In this document: in pieces, positions 39,783-51,254 of the stretch | How the letters are laid out: each line of letters starts with the position of its first letter | Position numbering within the stretch: position 1 is the first letter of the stretch | Assembly: GCA_934162365.1 (NCBI GenBank) | Contig: CAKPIK010000001.1 | Span: forward strand, 170,877 to 234,876 | Length of the DNA stretch: 64,000 bases | Direction: 5' to 3' | Source: an uncultured Clostridia bacterium | GTDB taxonomy: Bacteria; Bacillota; Clostridia; TANB77; CAG-508 | Position numbers and translations under genes: made by a program | The notes under the pieces: model-generated | Databases searched by the model: none | The model's input: only the letters and a program-made list of their open reading frames with translations | What the model was told of the DNA's origin: nothing

Positions 39783-42700
39783 TTGGACGAACTAGAAACT
39801 TTTGATAAAATAAAAATTGGTCTAGCATCAGATGAAACTATAAGAATGTGGTCAAAGGGTGAAGTAAAAAAGCCAGAAACAATTAATTATAGAACATTGA
39901 AACCAGAAAAAGATGGACTATTCTGTGAAAGAATATTTGGTCCAACAAAAGACTGGGAATGTCATTGTGGAAAATATAAAAGAGTAAGATATAAAGGAAT
40001 AATATGTGATAGATGTGGTGTTGAAGTCACAAAATCAAAAGTAAGAAGAGAAAGAATGGGACATATAGAACTTGCAGCACCAGTAGCACATATTTGGTAT
40101 TTTAAAGGAATACCAAGTAGAATAGCTTTAGTACTAGATATCTCACCAAGAAATTTAGAAAAAGTTATATATTTTGCATCATATATTGTTACAGACAAAG
40201 GAACATCTGGACTTACAAAGTGCCAAATATTAACAGAAAAAGAATATGTTGAAGCAGTAGAAAAATACGGAAAAGGTTCTTTTAAAGCTGAAATGGGAGC
40301 AGAAGCTCTTGAGAAACTTTTAAAAGAAGTAGATCTAGAAAAATTATCAGCTCAAATAAAGAAAGAACTAGAAAAAGCTAGTGAACAAAAGAAAATTAAA
40401 CTATCTAAAAGGCTAGATACAGTTGAATCATTTAGATTATCTGGAAATAGACCAGAATGGATGATAATGAATGTTGTACCAGTAATACCACCAGAATTAA
40501 GACCAATGGTACAATTAGATGGTGGAAGATTTGCAACATCAGACTTAAATGACTTATATAGAAGAGTAATAAACAGAAATAATAGATTAAAAAGACTATT
40601 AGAATTAGGTGCACCAGAAATAATTGTAAGAAACGAAAAAAGAATGTTACAAGAATCTGTAGATGCATTAATAGATAATGGAAGACGTGGAAGACCAGTA
40701 ACAGGAGCAGGAAATAGACCACTTAAATCATTATCAGACATGCTAAAAGGAAAACAAGGTAGATTTAGACAAAACCTATTAGGAAAAAGAGTTGACTACT
40801 CTGGACGTTCAGTTATAGTTGTTGGACCAGAGTTAAAAATCTATCAATGTGGTGTTCCAAAGGAAATGGCAGTAGAATTATTTAAACCATTTGTAATGAG
40901 AGAATTAGTTGGACGTGGAATAGCACACAACATAAAAAATGCAAAAAGAATGGTTGAAAGATTAAGACCAGAAGTATGGGATATATTAGAGGAAGTTATA
41001 AAAGACCACCCTGTAATGTTAAACCGTGCTCCAACACTACATAGACTTGGTATACAAGCATTTGAACCAGTACTAGTAGAAGGTAGAGCTATAAAATTAC
41101 ACCCATTAGTATGTACAGCATTCAATGCCGACTTCGATGGTGACCAAATGGCTATACACGTACCATTATCAGCAGAAGCACAAGCAGAAGCAAGATACTT
41201 AATGTTATCTGTTAACAACTTACTTAAACCACAAGATGGTAAACCAGTTACAGTACCTACACAAGATATGATTTTAGGAAGCTACTATTTAACAATGGAA
41301 GAAGCAGGCGAACCAGGAGAAGGAACATATTTTAAAGACGTTGAAGAAGCACTTCTTGCATATCAAAATGGAGATTTAGGTCTACATGCAAAAGTATATA
41401 TAAGAATGTACAAAAAGATAAATGGAGAACTTAAATCTAAAAAAGTTGAAACAACAGTAGGTAGAGTTATATATAACCAAGGTATACCACAAGACTTAGG
41501 TTTTGTAGATAGAAGCAACCCAGATGAAGAATTTAACTTAGAGATTGATTTCCCTGTAGTTAAGAAAAATCTTGGAAAAATAGTTGCAAAATGTATTGAA
41601 AAACATGGATTAAGCGAAGCAGCAGAAGTGTTAGACTATATTAAAGCAACAGGATTTAAATATTCAACAAAAGGTGCTATTACAGTTAGTGCTGCCGACG
41701 TAACAAGCCCTAAAGAAAAAGAAGAAATTTTAGCAGCAGCAGATAAACAGGTTGAAGAAATTGCTAAACAATATAAACGTGGTTTAATAACAGAAGATGA
41801 AAGATATAATGAAACAATTAAAGTTTGGGAAAATGCAACAAAAGAAGTTACAAAAGCAATGGAAGCAAACTTTGATGATATGAACCCAATATACATGATG
41901 GCAAGATCAGGAGCCAGAGGAAATATAAATCAGTTAAGACAAATTGCTGGTATGAGAGGACTTATGGCCGATACACAAGGTAAAGCCGTTGAAATACCAA
42001 TTAAAGCAAACTTTAGAGAGGGACTAGATCCACTAGAATACTTTATTTCATCACATGGTGGAAGAAAAGGTCTAGCAGATACAGCCTTAAGAACAGCAGA
42101 TTCAGGATACTTAACAAGAAGATTAGTTGATGTAAGTCAAGATATAATTGTTAGAGAAGAAGACTGTGGAACAACTGAAGGTATTGTCGTAAGAGATATA
42201 AAAGATGGAAATCAAGTATTAGAGACATTAGAAGAAAGACTAATAGGAAGATATGCATTAGAAGATGTATACGATCCAAATACAAAAGAATTAATTGTAG
42301 ATAAAAATACAATGATAACAACAGATTTAGCAGCTAAAATAGTTGCAACAGGAATAGAAGAAGTAAAAGTTCGTTCATCATTATGTTGTAGAACAAAACA
42401 TGGTGTTTGTGCAAAATGTTATGGTAAAGGTCTAGCAACTGGTGAAGAAGTAACAATTGGAGAACCAGTAGGTATAATTGCTGCTCAATCAATTGGTGAA
42501 CCTGGTACACAGCTTACAATGAGAACATTCCATGAAGGTGGTGTAGCCGGTGGAGATATTACACAAGGTCTTCCAAGAGTTGAAGAGTTATTTGAAGCTA
42601 GAAAACCAAAGGGATTAGCAATAATTTCTGAAATAGCAGGTAAAGTAAAAGTTAAAGAAGATAAAAAGAAGAAAGAAGTAATAGTTACATCAAAAGAAGA

Positions 42701-43334
42701 TTCAAAAACTTATACAATACCATTTGGATCAAAATTACATGTTAAAGATGGAGACGTTATAGGAGCTGGAGATCAAATAACAGAAGGTTCTGTAAATCCA
42801 AATGAAATACTTGCAATAAATGGACCAGACGGAGTATACAACTACTTAATTCAAGAAGTTCAAAAAGTTTATAGAAACCAAGGTGTTGATATAAACGACA
42901 AACACATTGAAGTTATTGGTAGACAAATGCTTAAAAAGATTAAAGTTTCTGATGGTGGAGAAACAGATATGTTCCCAGGTTCTTTAGTTGATATGTATGA
43001 ATTCGAAGAAAAGAATGAAAAAGCTAAAGAAGAAGGAAAGAAACCAGCAGCAGGAAAGAGAGCACTTCTAGGAATAACAAAAGCAGCTCTAGCAACAGAA
43101 AGCTTATTATCTGCAGCATCATTCCAAGAAACAACAAGAGTATTAACAGACGCAGCAATAAAGGGAAAAGTAGATCCATTAATAGGATTAAAAGAAAACG
43201 TTATTATAGGTAAATTAATACCAGCTGGAACTGGAATGGCAAGATATAAAAATACTAGAATAAACACTGAACCAGAAAATACTGTAGAAGATTCAGCAGT
43301 AATAAAAAGTACAGAAACAAATCTAGTAGGATAA
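39783..43334 (+). CDS. rpoC: DNA-directed RNA polymerase subunit beta'
   Basis: Zn-finger [23 protein letters not shown], catalytic [15 protein letters not shown] start with RBS GGGGAGG. Confidence 0.95.
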   Translation: MDELETFDKIKIGLASDETIRMWSKGEVKKPETINYRTLKPEKDGLFCERIFGPTKDWECHCGKYKRVRYKGIICDRCGVEVTKSKVRRERMGHIELAAPVAHIWYFKGIPSRIALVLDISPRNLEKVIYFASYIVTDKGTSGLTKCQILTEKEYVEAVEKYGKGSFKAEMGAEALEKLLKEVDLEKLSAQIKKELEKASEQKKIKLSKRLDTVESFRLSGNRPEWMIMNVVPVIPPELRPMVQLDGGRFATSDLNDLYRRVINRNNRLKRLLELGAPEIIVRNEKRMLQESVDALIDNGRRGRPVTGAGNRPLKSLSDMLKGKQGRFRQNLLGKRVDYSGRSVIVVGPELKIYQCGVPKEMAVELFKPFVMRELVGRGIAHNIKNAKRMVERLRPEVWDILEEVIKDHPVMLNRAPTLHRLGIQAFEPVLVEGRAIKLHPLVCTAFNADFDGDQMAIHVPLSAEAQAEARYLMLSVNNLLKPQDGKPVTVPTQDMILGSYYLTMEEAGEPGEGTYFKDVEEALLAYQNGDLGLHAKVYIRMYKKINGELKSKKVETTVGRVIYNQGIPQDLGFVDRSNPDEEFNLEIDFPVVKKNLGKIVAKCIEKHGLSEAAEVLDYIKATGFKYSTKGAITVSAADVTSPKEKEEILAAADKQVEEIAKQYKRGLITEDERYNETIKVWENATKEVTKAMEANFDDMNPIYMMARSGARGNINQLRQIAGMRGLMADTQGKAVEIPIKANFREGLDPLEYFISSHGGRKGLADTALRTADSGYLTRRLVDVSQDIIVREEDCGTTEGIVVRDIKDGNQVLETLEERLIGRYALEDVYDPNTKELIVDKNTMITTDLAAKIVATGIEEVKVRSSLCCRTKHGVCAKCYGKGLATGEEVTIGEPVGIIAAQSIGEPGTQLTMRTFHEGGVAGGDITQGLPRVEELFEARKPKGLAIISEIAGKVKVKEDKKKKEVIVTSKEDSKTYTIPFGSKLHVKDGDVIGAGDQITEGSVNPNEILAINGPDGVYNYLIQEVQKVYRNQGVDINDKHIEVIGRQMLKKIKVSDGGETDMFPGSLVDMYEFEEKNEKAKEEGKKPAAGKRALLGITKAALATESLLSAASFQETTRVLTDAAIKGKVDPLIGLKENVIIGKLIPAGTGMARYKNTRINTEPENTVEDSAVIKSTETNLVG

Positions 43335-43337
43335 ATA

Positions 43338-43368
43338 AAAAGACGCATTAGAAAATGCGTCTTTTTCA
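43338..43368 (+). terminator. rho-independent terminator after rpoC
   Basis: AAGACGCATT-AGAA-AATGCGTCTT followed by TTTCATTT. Confidence 0.6.
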
Positions 43369-43446
43369 TTTGAGCTTAATTATATGAATTCTTGACAAAT
43401 AAGGGCATATAGAGTACAATATAATATGTAAAAATAGGAGGATTAT

Positions 43447-45462
43447 ATGCCGAAGAACGATAAAAGTTTTAAAAGCTTAATTTCAAGAACAAAAATATAT
43501 TTAGCATTAATTGCTATTTTATTAATACTATTATGCATAAAAGATGTTACATATATAATTCCATCAATTATAGCTTATGCCTTAATAGTTGTTTATTCAT
43601 TATGGACAAATAATAAAAGAATAGATGAAATATCAAAACATATTCAAGATGTAACTCTTAATGTTGATTCAACAATTAAAAGTTCTCTTGTTAATTCACC
43701 ATTCCCATTAATTATAATGGAAACTAGTGGAAGTGTAATATGGAAAAGTTCAAAATTTGTAAGTGAATTTGCAAATACAGATATATTACAAGTAATTAAG
43801 GGATTAGCAAAAGAAATAAAGCTAGATATATTAGAAAGTAAATTAAATAAAGAAGTAATAAAAAACCAATCAATAGAAAAAGAAATTGAAATAGGAAAAA
43901 GAAAATATAAAGTATTAGGAGAATATGTAAAATCTAAAAAGAAAAAACAAAACGAATATATGATGACATTATACTTTGTAGATAATACAGAATATCTAAA
44001 TACACTTGATGAACTAAAAAATAGAAATTCATGTGTAGGATTTATAATGATAGATAACTACGATGAAATGATAGAATTATTGCCAGACGATAAAAAAACA
44101 TTAATATTAGCAGAAGTAGAAAAGAAAATATTAGATTGGGCATATAAAAATAATGGAGCAATAGTAAAATCAGACAGAAAAACATATGCATATTTAACAG
44201 AACAAAAAGACTTAGAAGAAATAAAAGCACAAAAATTTGATATATTAGACGAGATAAAAGAAATAGATACAGACGAAACAGTTACATTAACTTTAAGTAT
44301 AGCAATATCAAATGATGGTAATACAAACTACGAAAAATATAAATCTGCTCAAACAGCAATGGATATTGTTTTAGGACGTGGAGGAGATCAAGCGGTAGTA
44401 AGAGAAAATGAAAAATATATTTTCTTTGGAGGTAGAACTTTAGAAGTAGAAAAAAGAACTAAAGTCAAAGCAAGAACAGTTGCAAGAGCTTTAGAACAAA
44501 TAATAGAAGAAGCGCCAAATGTTATAATAATGGGACATTGTAATCCAGATATAGATAGTATGGGTTCTAGTTTAGGAATATATAAATTAGCTAAAAGCTT
44601 AGGAAAAGAAGCTAAGATTATAAACACATCAAATGGAGCTTCAATTGAAAACTTTGTTGAAGCAATAAAAAAAGAGGACGAATATAAAGGAATCTTTTTA
44701 AATAAAGCAGAAGCTTTAAATGAAATAACAGAAGACACAGTATTAGTTGTGGTGGATACAAACAAAAACAATTATGTTGAAGTTCCTGAATTGTTAGAAA
44801 AAACAAATAAAATAGTAGTAATAGATCACCATAGAAAAAGCCCAGAATTTATAAATAACGCAATACTTACATTCCATGAAGTATATGCATCTTCTGCGGC
44901 AGAACTTGTAACAGAAATATTACAATATGTAGAAACAAATGTTGAATTAAATAATTTAGAAGCAGAAGGTTTATATGCAGGAATTATGATGGACACTAAA
45001 AACTTTACATTTAAAACTGGTGTAAGAACATTCGAGGCGGCAGCATTTTTAAGAAAAAAAGGTGTAGATATATTAAAAGTAAAAAAATGGTTCCAAAGTG
45101 ATTTAAAAAGCTATAATCAAATAGCAGATATAGTAAAAAAAGCAGAAATAATAAATGAAACAATAGCAGTATCAATATATGAAAAAGAAGACAAAAATGC
45201 AAATTTAATATGTGCTAAAGCAGCAGATGAACTATTAACAATAAGTGATGTTACAGCATCATTCGTATTAGGAAAAACAGGAGATAAAATATTTGTAAGT
45301 GGACGTTCAATAGGTGACATTAATGTCCAATTAATACTAGAAAAATTGGGCGGAGGCGGGCATATAACTGTTGCTGGAGCTCAATTAGAAGGAATGACAA
45401 TAGAAGAAGCAAAGCAAGAATTAGTTATTAGAATTAATGAATATTTTACAGAAATAGGATAA
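43447..45462 (+). CDS. gdpP: cyclic-di-AMP phosphodiesterase GdpP (two TM helices, PAS-like, degenerate GGDEF, DHH-DHHA1)
   Basis: N-terminal two TM helices. DHH motif GHCNPDIDS and DHHA1 GGGGH. yybT-rplI-dnaB synteny as in Bacillus. Confidence 0.85.
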   Translation: MPKNDKSFKSLISRTKIYLALIAILLILLCIKDVTYIIPSIIAYALIVVYSLWTNNKRIDEISKHIQDVTLNVDSTIKSSLVNSPFPLIIMETSGSVIWKSSKFVSEFANTDILQVIKGLAKEIKLDILESKLNKEVIKNQSIEKEIEIGKRKYKVLGEYVKSKKKKQNEYMMTLYFVDNTEYLNTLDELKNRNSCVGFIMIDNYDEMIELLPDDKKTLILAEVEKKILDWAYKNNGAIVKSDRKTYAYLTEQKDLEEIKAQKFDILDEIKEIDTDETVTLTLSIAISNDGNTNYEKYKSAQTAMDIVLGRGGDQAVVRENEKYIFFGGRTLEVEKRTKVKARTVARALEQIIEEAPNVIIMGHCNPDIDSMGSSLGIYKLAKSLGKEAKIINTSNGASIENFVEAIKKEDEYKGIFLNKAEALNEITEDTVLVVVDTNKNNYVEVPELLEKTNKIVVIDHHRKSPEFINNAILTFHEVYASSAAELVTEILQYVETNVELNNLEAEGLYAGIMMDTKNFTFKTGVRTFEAAAFLRKKGVDILKVKKWFQSDLKSYNQIADIVKKAEIINETIAVSIYEKEDKNANLICAKAADELLTISDVTASFVLGKTGDKIFVSGRSIGDINVQLILEKLGGGGHITVAGAQLEGMTIEEAKQELVIRINEYFTEIG

Positions 45463-45482
45463 ATAAAGTCGGGAGGTAAATA

Positions 45483-45926
45483 ATGAAAGTTATTTTAACA
45501 CAAGACATTAAAGGCGTAGGAAAAAAAGACGAAGTAATAAATGCAAATGATGGATATGCAAGAAATTTCTTATTGCCAAGAAAGTTAGCAGTAGAAGCAA
45601 ATACAGCAAATATGTCAAAACTAAAAGGAAGACAAGATTCAGCAAACTTTAAAAAAGAACAAGAAAAAGAAGAAGCAAGCGCAATAAAAGAAAAACTATC
45701 AAAAATAATGCTAAAAATAAATGTAAAAGCAGGAGAAAATGGAAAAATCTTTGGATCTATAACAGCAAAAGAAATAGCAACAGAATTACAAAAGCAATAC
45801 AAAATAGAAGTAGATAAAAAGAAAATACTATTAAAAGAACCAATAAAAGAAATTGGAACATTTACAATAGATATAAAACTATACGAAGGAATAATAGGAA
45901 AATTAAAAATAGATATAATAGCATAA
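45483..45926 (+). CDS. rplI: 50S ribosomal protein L9
   Basis: MKVILTQDIKGVGKKDEVINANDGYARNFLLP is a diagnostic L9 N-terminus. Confidence 0.9.
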   Translation: MKVILTQDIKGVGKKDEVINANDGYARNFLLPRKLAVEANTANMSKLKGRQDSANFKKEQEKEEASAIKEKLSKIMLKINVKAGENGKIFGSITAKEIATELQKQYKIEVDKKKILLKEPIKEIGTFTIDIKLYEGIIGKLKIDIIA

Positions 45927-45943
45927 ATTGAGGGGGACCCAAA

Positions 45944-47272
45944 ATGGAAATAGGGAAAATACCACCAAGTGATATTGAAGCAGAACAAGCAGTTTTAGGT
46001 AGTATGCTTACAGACAAAGATGCCGTAATTGCGGCAATAGAAGTCTTAAAACCAGAAGATTTTTACAGAGAAGATAATAAAACAATATATACTGCAATAT
46101 TAAGTTTATATAATAGAGCTGAACCTGTAGATATTATTACATTAAAGGCAGAATTATCATCTATGGGGAAATTTGATTCTGTAGGTGGACTAGAATATTT
46201 AGCAGAACTACCAGAAAAAGTACCAACAACAGCAAATGTTGATAAATATATAAAGATTGTTGAAGAAAAGTCAATTTTAAGAAATTTAATAAAAACTGCA
46301 AATGAAATAATAACTTTAGGTTATGATCCAACAGAAGAAGTTGAAGATATAATGGATAGTGCAGAAAAGAAAATCTTTGACATAATGCAATCTAAAAATC
46401 AAAAAGGATATACACCTATAAAAGATATATTAATAGAAACATTTGCTCAAATAGAACAGCTATATAATCAAAAGCAACATATAACTGGTGTTCCAACAGG
46501 GTTTGCAGACTTAGACTATAAAACTGCTGGATTACATGGATCTGATTTGGTATTAGTAGCAGCACGTCCTGCAATGGGAAAATCAGCATTTGCATTAAAT
46601 ATAGCAACAAATGCTGCTGTACGTGCAAAAGTGCCTGTTGCAATATTTAGCTTAGAGATGTCTAAAGAACAAATGGTAAACAGAATTCTTTGCAGCGAGG
46701 CAATGGTAGATAGTAACAAAGTTAGAACAGGAAAATTAGATGAGCAAGACTGGGGAAAATTAGCAAGCAGTTTAGGACCATTATCAGAAGCAGACATATA
46801 CATAGATGATACACCAGGTATATCTGTAATGGAAATAAGAGCAAAATGCAGAAAATTAAAACTAGAAAAAAATATTGGACTAGTTGTAATAGATTATTTG
46901 CAATTAATAAGTGGAAGCAATAAACGTGGTGGAAGCCGTGAACAAGAAATATCTGAAATAAGTAGATCTTTAAAAATACTTGCAAAAGAAATAAATGTAC
47001 CAGTAATAGCATTATCACAATTATCAAGAGCACCAGAACAAAGACCAGACCATAGACCAATGCTATCTGACCTTCGTGAATCAGGAGCAATAGAACAAGA
47101 CGCAGATATAGTAATGTTCTTATACAGAGATGATTATTACAATGAAGACAGTGAAAAGAAAAACATTGCAGAAGTAATACTTGCAAAACATAGAGCAGGT
47201 TCAACAGGAACAGTAGAACTATTATGGTTAGGAAATTATACAAAATTTGTGAATATAGATAAAAATAGATAG
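45944..47272 (+). CDS. dnaB: replicative DNA helicase
   Basis: DnaB N-terminal domain (PPSDIEAEQAVLGSML), Walker A AARPAMGKSAF, Walker B VVIDYLQLI. Confidence 0.9.
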   Translation: MEIGKIPPSDIEAEQAVLGSMLTDKDAVIAAIEVLKPEDFYREDNKTIYTAILSLYNRAEPVDIITLKAELSSMGKFDSVGGLEYLAELPEKVPTTANVDKYIKIVEEKSILRNLIKTANEIITLGYDPTEEVEDIMDSAEKKIFDIMQSKNQKGYTPIKDILIETFAQIEQLYNQKQHITGVPTGFADLDYKTAGLHGSDLVLVAARPAMGKSAFALNIATNAAVRAKVPVAIFSLEMSKEQMVNRILCSEAMVDSNKVRTGKLDEQDWGKLASSLGPLSEADIYIDDTPGISVMEIRAKCRKLKLEKNIGLVVIDYLQLISGSNKRGGSREQEISEISRSLKILAKEINVPVIALSQLSRAPEQRPDHRPMLSDLRESGAIEQDADIVMFLYRDDYYNEDSEKKNIAEVILAKHRAGSTGTVELLWLGNYTKFVNIDKNR

Positions 47273-47273
47273 A

Positions 47274-47304
47274 AAAAGACTAGAGGGTTTAACTCTAGTC
47301 TTTT
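47274..47304 (+). terminator. rho-independent terminator after dnaB
   Basis: AAGACTAGAG-GGTTTA-ACTCTAGTCTT followed by TTG. Confidence 0.55.
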
Positions 47305-47354
47305 GACTTTAAGGAGAAAAAATGGTATAATATAATTACTGAGTTAAAATACTT

Positions 47355-47651
47355 ATGATAGGAGTGAGCAAAATGGATGCAACATCGTCAGCTTTAACAG
47401 CAAACTCATTTATTCTTCTTTTTTCAATTATTGCAGGTATAGTTGCTTTTGCAATTATAATTTACAATTATTTAAAAAGAAAAATATGCTCAGGATTTGG
47501 TTTATTTGTACGGGCATTGTTAACAGCGTTAGCAACTTTTGTAATAGCATTCATACTTTTAAACCTTTTGCGTTTTTTATATGTATGTTTGGTCAATTAT
47601 GGAATTGTTATAATAATTATAATCGCTGTGATAGTAGTAATGTCTATTTAA
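47355..47651 (+). CDS. hypothetical small membrane protein (98 aa)
   Basis: Three hydrophobic helices. A terminator hairpin lies immediately downstream (47660-47694). Confidence 0.4.
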   Translation: MIGVSKMDATSSALTANSFILLFSIIAGIVAFAIIIYNYLKRKICSGFGLFVRALLTALATFVIAFILLNLLRFLYVCLVNYGIVIIIIIAVIVVMSI

Positions 47652-47710
47652 ACGAACCTAAAGAAGGTCTTGGATTCAAGACCTTCTTTATTTAAGTGGT
47701 AGCTTTAAAA

Positions 47711-47739
47711 TTGACTAAATATTAATAAAATGCTATAAT
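47711..47739 (+). promoter_or_regulatory. sigma-A promoter TTGACT-17-TATAAT placed 7 nt before the tilS ATG (predicted leaderless transcript)
   Basis: Hexamers are read directly. The spacing puts the predicted +1 at or next to the A of the start codon. No RBS is present. Confidence 0.4.
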
Positions 47740-47746
47740 ATAGCTT

Positions 47747-48730
47747 ATGGAAAATAAAATTTTAGAAATAATAAAAAAATATAATTTAATAGAAAATGAA
47801 GACAAAATAGTAGTTGGAGTATCTGGAGGACCAGATTCAATTACTCTTTTAAACATTTTAAAAAATATTAAAGAAAGTAAATATATAAATTTTGAAATAG
47901 TAGTATGCCATATAAATCACATGATAAGACAAGAAGCAATAGAAGATGAAGAATACGTAAAAAAATATTGCAAAGATAACAATATAGAATGTTATGTAAA
48001 AAGAATAGAAGTTGAAAAGATGGCAGAAACCCAAAAGATTGGAACTGAAGAAGCAGGAAGAAAAGCAAGATATGAATTCTTTAATGAGATTTTAGAAAAA
48101 ACAAATAGTAATAAAATAGCAACAGCACATACAGCAAACGACAATGCAGAAACAGTATTAATGAATATAATTAGAGGAAGCGGAACAACAGGATTAAAGG
48201 GTATAGAAGCTAAAAGAGACAATTTAATTAGACCGTTAATTGAAAGTACAAGAGAAGAAATAGAAGACTATTGTAAAGAAAACAATTTAAATCCAAGAAT
48301 AGACAAAACAAATTTTGAAAATATATATACAAGAAATAAAGTAAGGAATATGCTTATTCCGTATATAAAAGAGAACTTTAATCCTAATATAATAGATTCA
48401 ATAAATAGATTATCAAACCTTTCAAAACAAGAAAATACATATTTAGACCACATAACTGAAAAAACGTATAATACTTTATTATTAGAAGAGAAAAATGACG
48501 AAATAATTTTAGACTTAAAAGCCTTTAATTCACAAGAATTAGTCATAAAAAACAGAGTTGTGTTATATACTATTAATAAGGTACTTGGGACAAGAAGTGG
48601 TATAGAAAAAAAACATATAGAAGATATAATTAAATTATGCAGTAATAATATAGGAAATAAATTTTTAATTCCTAATAAAAAAGTAAAAATTTTAGTAAAA
48701 AACAAAAAAATTTTTTTTATGGCGAACTAA
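47747..48730 (+). CDS. tilS: tRNA(Ile)-lysidine synthetase, short form (327 aa)
   Basis: PP-loop VGVSGGPDS near the N-terminus. Located upstream of ftsH as in many Firmicutes. Confidence 0.8.
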   Translation: MENKILEIIKKYNLIENEDKIVVGVSGGPDSITLLNILKNIKESKYINFEIVVCHINHMIRQEAIEDEEYVKKYCKDNNIECYVKRIEVEKMAETQKIGTEEAGRKARYEFFNEILEKTNSNKIATAHTANDNAETVLMNIIRGSGTTGLKGIEAKRDNLIRPLIESTREEIEDYCKENNLNPRIDKTNFENIYTRNKVRNMLIPYIKENFNPNIIDSINRLSNLSKQENTYLDHITEKTYNTLLLEEKNDEIILDLKAFNSQELVIKNRVVLYTINKVLGTRSGIEKKHIEDIIKLCSNNIGNKFLIPNKKVKILVKNKKIFFMAN

Positions 48731-48737
48731 TTTCTTC

Positions 48738-48775
48738 CGTAAGGAAACCTTAGAAACAGTAAGGTTTCCTTTTAA
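48738..48775 (+). terminator. rho-independent terminator after tilS
   Basis: AAGGAAACCTTA-GAAACAG-TAAGGTTTCCTT followed by TTAAAAA. Confidence 0.55.
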
Positions 48776-48873
48776 AAACTTTTAAAAAAAGTATTGAAAT
48801 AGAAAAAATACTGTGGTATATATTATTTGAAATTGTTTAGCTTAAATTTATTAATAAGAAAGGAATAGAAAAA

Positions 48874-50685
48874 GTGAAAGGAAAATTAAAAACATTTGCT
48901 GTATGGCTAATATGTGGAATAATATTTGTTGTATTTTTATCAACAGTGCTTGATAAAACAAATACAAAAATGACATATTCAGAATTAATTTCAAAAATGG
49001 AACAAGGAGAAGTAAAAGAAGTTTCGCTTGCATATGATGGAAAGTCTGCTAGTGTAAAACTAGAAGGTCAAACACTTCCTAAAGAAGTAAATATTCCAAG
49101 TGTAGAAAGTTTTATGGATTATGCAACAGACTATTTAAAAGATGGAAAGATAAATTTTGATGAAAAATCACAATCTATATTTATTACAATATTAGGATTG
49201 ATTTCACCATTTGGACTTATAATAATTTTCTTTATATTCTGGTTTTTATTAATGAACAATAACGCTGCTCAAGGTGGCGGAGGCAATAGAACAATGTCAT
49301 TTGGAAAAAGCAAAGCAAGAATGACAGGATCAGACGACAAAAATAGAGTCACATTTAAAGATGTAGCAGGTGTAGAAGAAGAAAAAGAAGAATTAGAAGA
49401 AATAGTAGAATTTTTAAGAAATCCTAAAAAATTTACAGACATGGGTGCAAGAATACCAAAAGGTGTATTACTTGTTGGAGGACCTGGAACGGGTAAAACA
49501 TTATTAGCAAAAGCAGTAGCTGGAGAAGCAGGAGTTCCATTCTTCATTATGAGTGGTTCTGATTTCGTTGAAATGTTTGTTGGTGTTGGTGCATCAAGAG
49601 TAAGAGATTTATTTGAACAAGCAAAGAAAAATGCACCATGTATAATATTTATAGATGAAATAGATGCAGTTGGACGTCAAAGAGGAGCAGGACTTGGTGG
49701 AGGACATGATGAAAGAGAACAAACATTAAACCAATTGCTTGTTGAAATGGATGGATTTGGAACAAATGAAGGTGTTATAGTATTAGCTGCAACAAACAGA
49801 CCAGACGTACTAGATAAGGCATTGCTAAGACCAGGAAGATTTGATAGACAAATAGTAGTTCCAGCACCAGATGTTTTAGCAAGAGAAAAAATATTAGAAG
49901 TTCACGCAAAAAATAAAAAACTTGCAGATGATGTAGATTTAAAACTTATAGCTAAAAATACATCAGGATTTTCTGGTGCAGATTTAGAGAATGTTTTAAA
50001 CGAAGCAGCATTGCTTGCAGCAAGACGTGATTTAAAACAAATTGGAATGAAAGAAATAGAGGATGCCATGGTAAAAGTTACTATGGGACCAGAAAAGAAA
50101 ACAAGAGTAAGAAGCGAAAAAGAAAATAAATTAGTAGCATATCACGAAGCAGGTCATGCTGTAGTAAGCAGATTCTTAGAATCACAAGACCCTGTTCATC
50201 AAATATCAATAGTACCAAGAGGAATGGCTGGTGGATATACAATGTATAGACCAACAGAAGACAAATCATTTATGTCTAAAACAGAAATGGAAGAAAACAT
50301 TGTATCACTTCTTGGTGGTAGAGTAGCAGAAAAATTAATATTAAATGATATATCAACAGGAGCAAGCAACGATATAGAAAGAGCTTCAAAAATAGCAAGA
50401 GAAATGGTTACAAAATATGGTATGAGTGATAGAATAGGCTCAATAATGTTTGGCTCAGGACAAGAAGAAGTATTCTTAGGAAGAGATTTTGCTCAATCTA
50501 AAAACTACTCTGAAGAAACAGCAGGAATTATCGACGAAGAAACTAAGAAAATTATTGACACAGCATATAACAGGGCTGTTCAAATTTTAAGCGACAATAT
50601 AGACAAATTACATGCAGTAGCTAAAGTATTATTAGAAAAAGAAAAAATAGACTCAGAAGAATTTGAAGCAATATTTAGTGAATAA
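48874..50685 (+). CDS. ftsH: ATP-dependent zinc metalloprotease FtsH
   Basis: Two N-terminal TM helices, AAA Walker A GPPGTGKT, SRH, and Zn-binding HEAGHA. GTG start with RBS AAAGGAA. Confidence 0.9.
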   Translation: MKGKLKTFAVWLICGIIFVVFLSTVLDKTNTKMTYSELISKMEQGEVKEVSLAYDGKSASVKLEGQTLPKEVNIPSVESFMDYATDYLKDGKINFDEKSQSIFITILGLISPFGLIIIFFIFWFLLMNNNAAQGGGGNRTMSFGKSKARMTGSDDKNRVTFKDVAGVEEEKEELEEIVEFLRNPKKFTDMGARIPKGVLLVGGPGTGKTLLAKAVAGEAGVPFFIMSGSDFVEMFVGVGASRVRDLFEQAKKNAPCIIFIDEIDAVGRQRGAGLGGGHDEREQTLNQLLVEMDGFGTNEGVIVLAATNRPDVLDKALLRPGRFDRQIVVPAPDVLAREKILEVHAKNKKLADDVDLKLIAKNTSGFSGADLENVLNEAALLAARRDLKQIGMKEIEDAMVKVTMGPEKKTRVRSEKENKLVAYHEAGHAVVSRFLESQDPVHQISIVPRGMAGGYTMYRPTEDKSFMSKTEMEENIVSLLGGRVAEKLILNDISTGASNDIERASKIAREMVTKYGMSDRIGSIMFGSGQEEVFLGRDFAQSKNYSEETAGIIDEETKKIIDTAYNRAVQILSDNIDKLHAVAKVLLEKEKIDSEEFEAIFSE

Positions 50686-50724
50686 AATACCTGCACTTTT
50701 GGTTTCAAAAGCACAGCGAAAAAT

Positions 50725-50770
50725 GAATAGTAAGAAGTAAATATCTACTTTTTACTATTCATTTTTATTT
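50725..50770 (+). terminator. rho-independent terminator after ftsH
   Basis: GAATAGTAAGAAGTA...TACTTTTTACTATTC followed by ATTTTTATTT. Confidence 0.5.
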
Positions 50771-50914
50771 ATAGCTTATCAATCTATTTCAACTGACATT
50801 AAAAACTTGAAAAAATCACGAAAATCATTGACAAGCTATATAAAATTAGAGTATAATAATAGGCGAAGAAAAAAATCCCACATACTGTGAAAAGTACTGG
50901 AAGGAGGGGAATAA

Positions 50915-51085
50915 ATGTCAGAAATTAAAGTTAATAATGGAAATATAGAAGATGCTCTTAAAAGATTTAAGAGACAATGTGCAAGAAATGGGGTACTTCA
51001 AGAAGTACGTAAAAGAGAACATTATGAAAAACCTAGCGTAAAAAGAAAGAAAAAATCAGAGGCTGCTAGAAAAAGAAAATTCTAA
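50915..51085 (+). CDS. rpsU: 30S ribosomal protein S21 (not in the ORF track, 56 aa)
   Basis: RBS GGAAGGAGGGG. Translation [56 protein letters not shown] is canonical S21. A TTGACA-18-TATAAT promoter lies about 55 nt upstream, and a terminator at 51104-51136. Confidence 0.85.
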   Translation: MSEIKVNNGNIEDALKRFKRQCARNGVLQEVRKREHYEKPSVKRKKKSEAARKRKF

Positions 51086-51254
51086 AATAATACATAAAAA
51101 TTTAGATTACACAAATATGTGTAATCTTTTTTTTGTATATATGTAAAAAAACATTGATTAACTAAAAAAATTAATATAAAATACTAATGTAAAATTCAAA
51201 AGAATATAATTCAAAATAATGGAAATAATAAAATCGTTCAAAAGAGGAGGAAAA

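Noticed and set aside
37502-43369. Numerous minus-strand ORFs inside rpoB, rpoC (for example 40352-40741, 42869-43369) and inside gdpP, dnaB, ftsH
   Set aside because: They are antisense to highly conserved housekeeping genes. Typical Leu/Ile/Phe-rich artefacts of AT-rich sequence.
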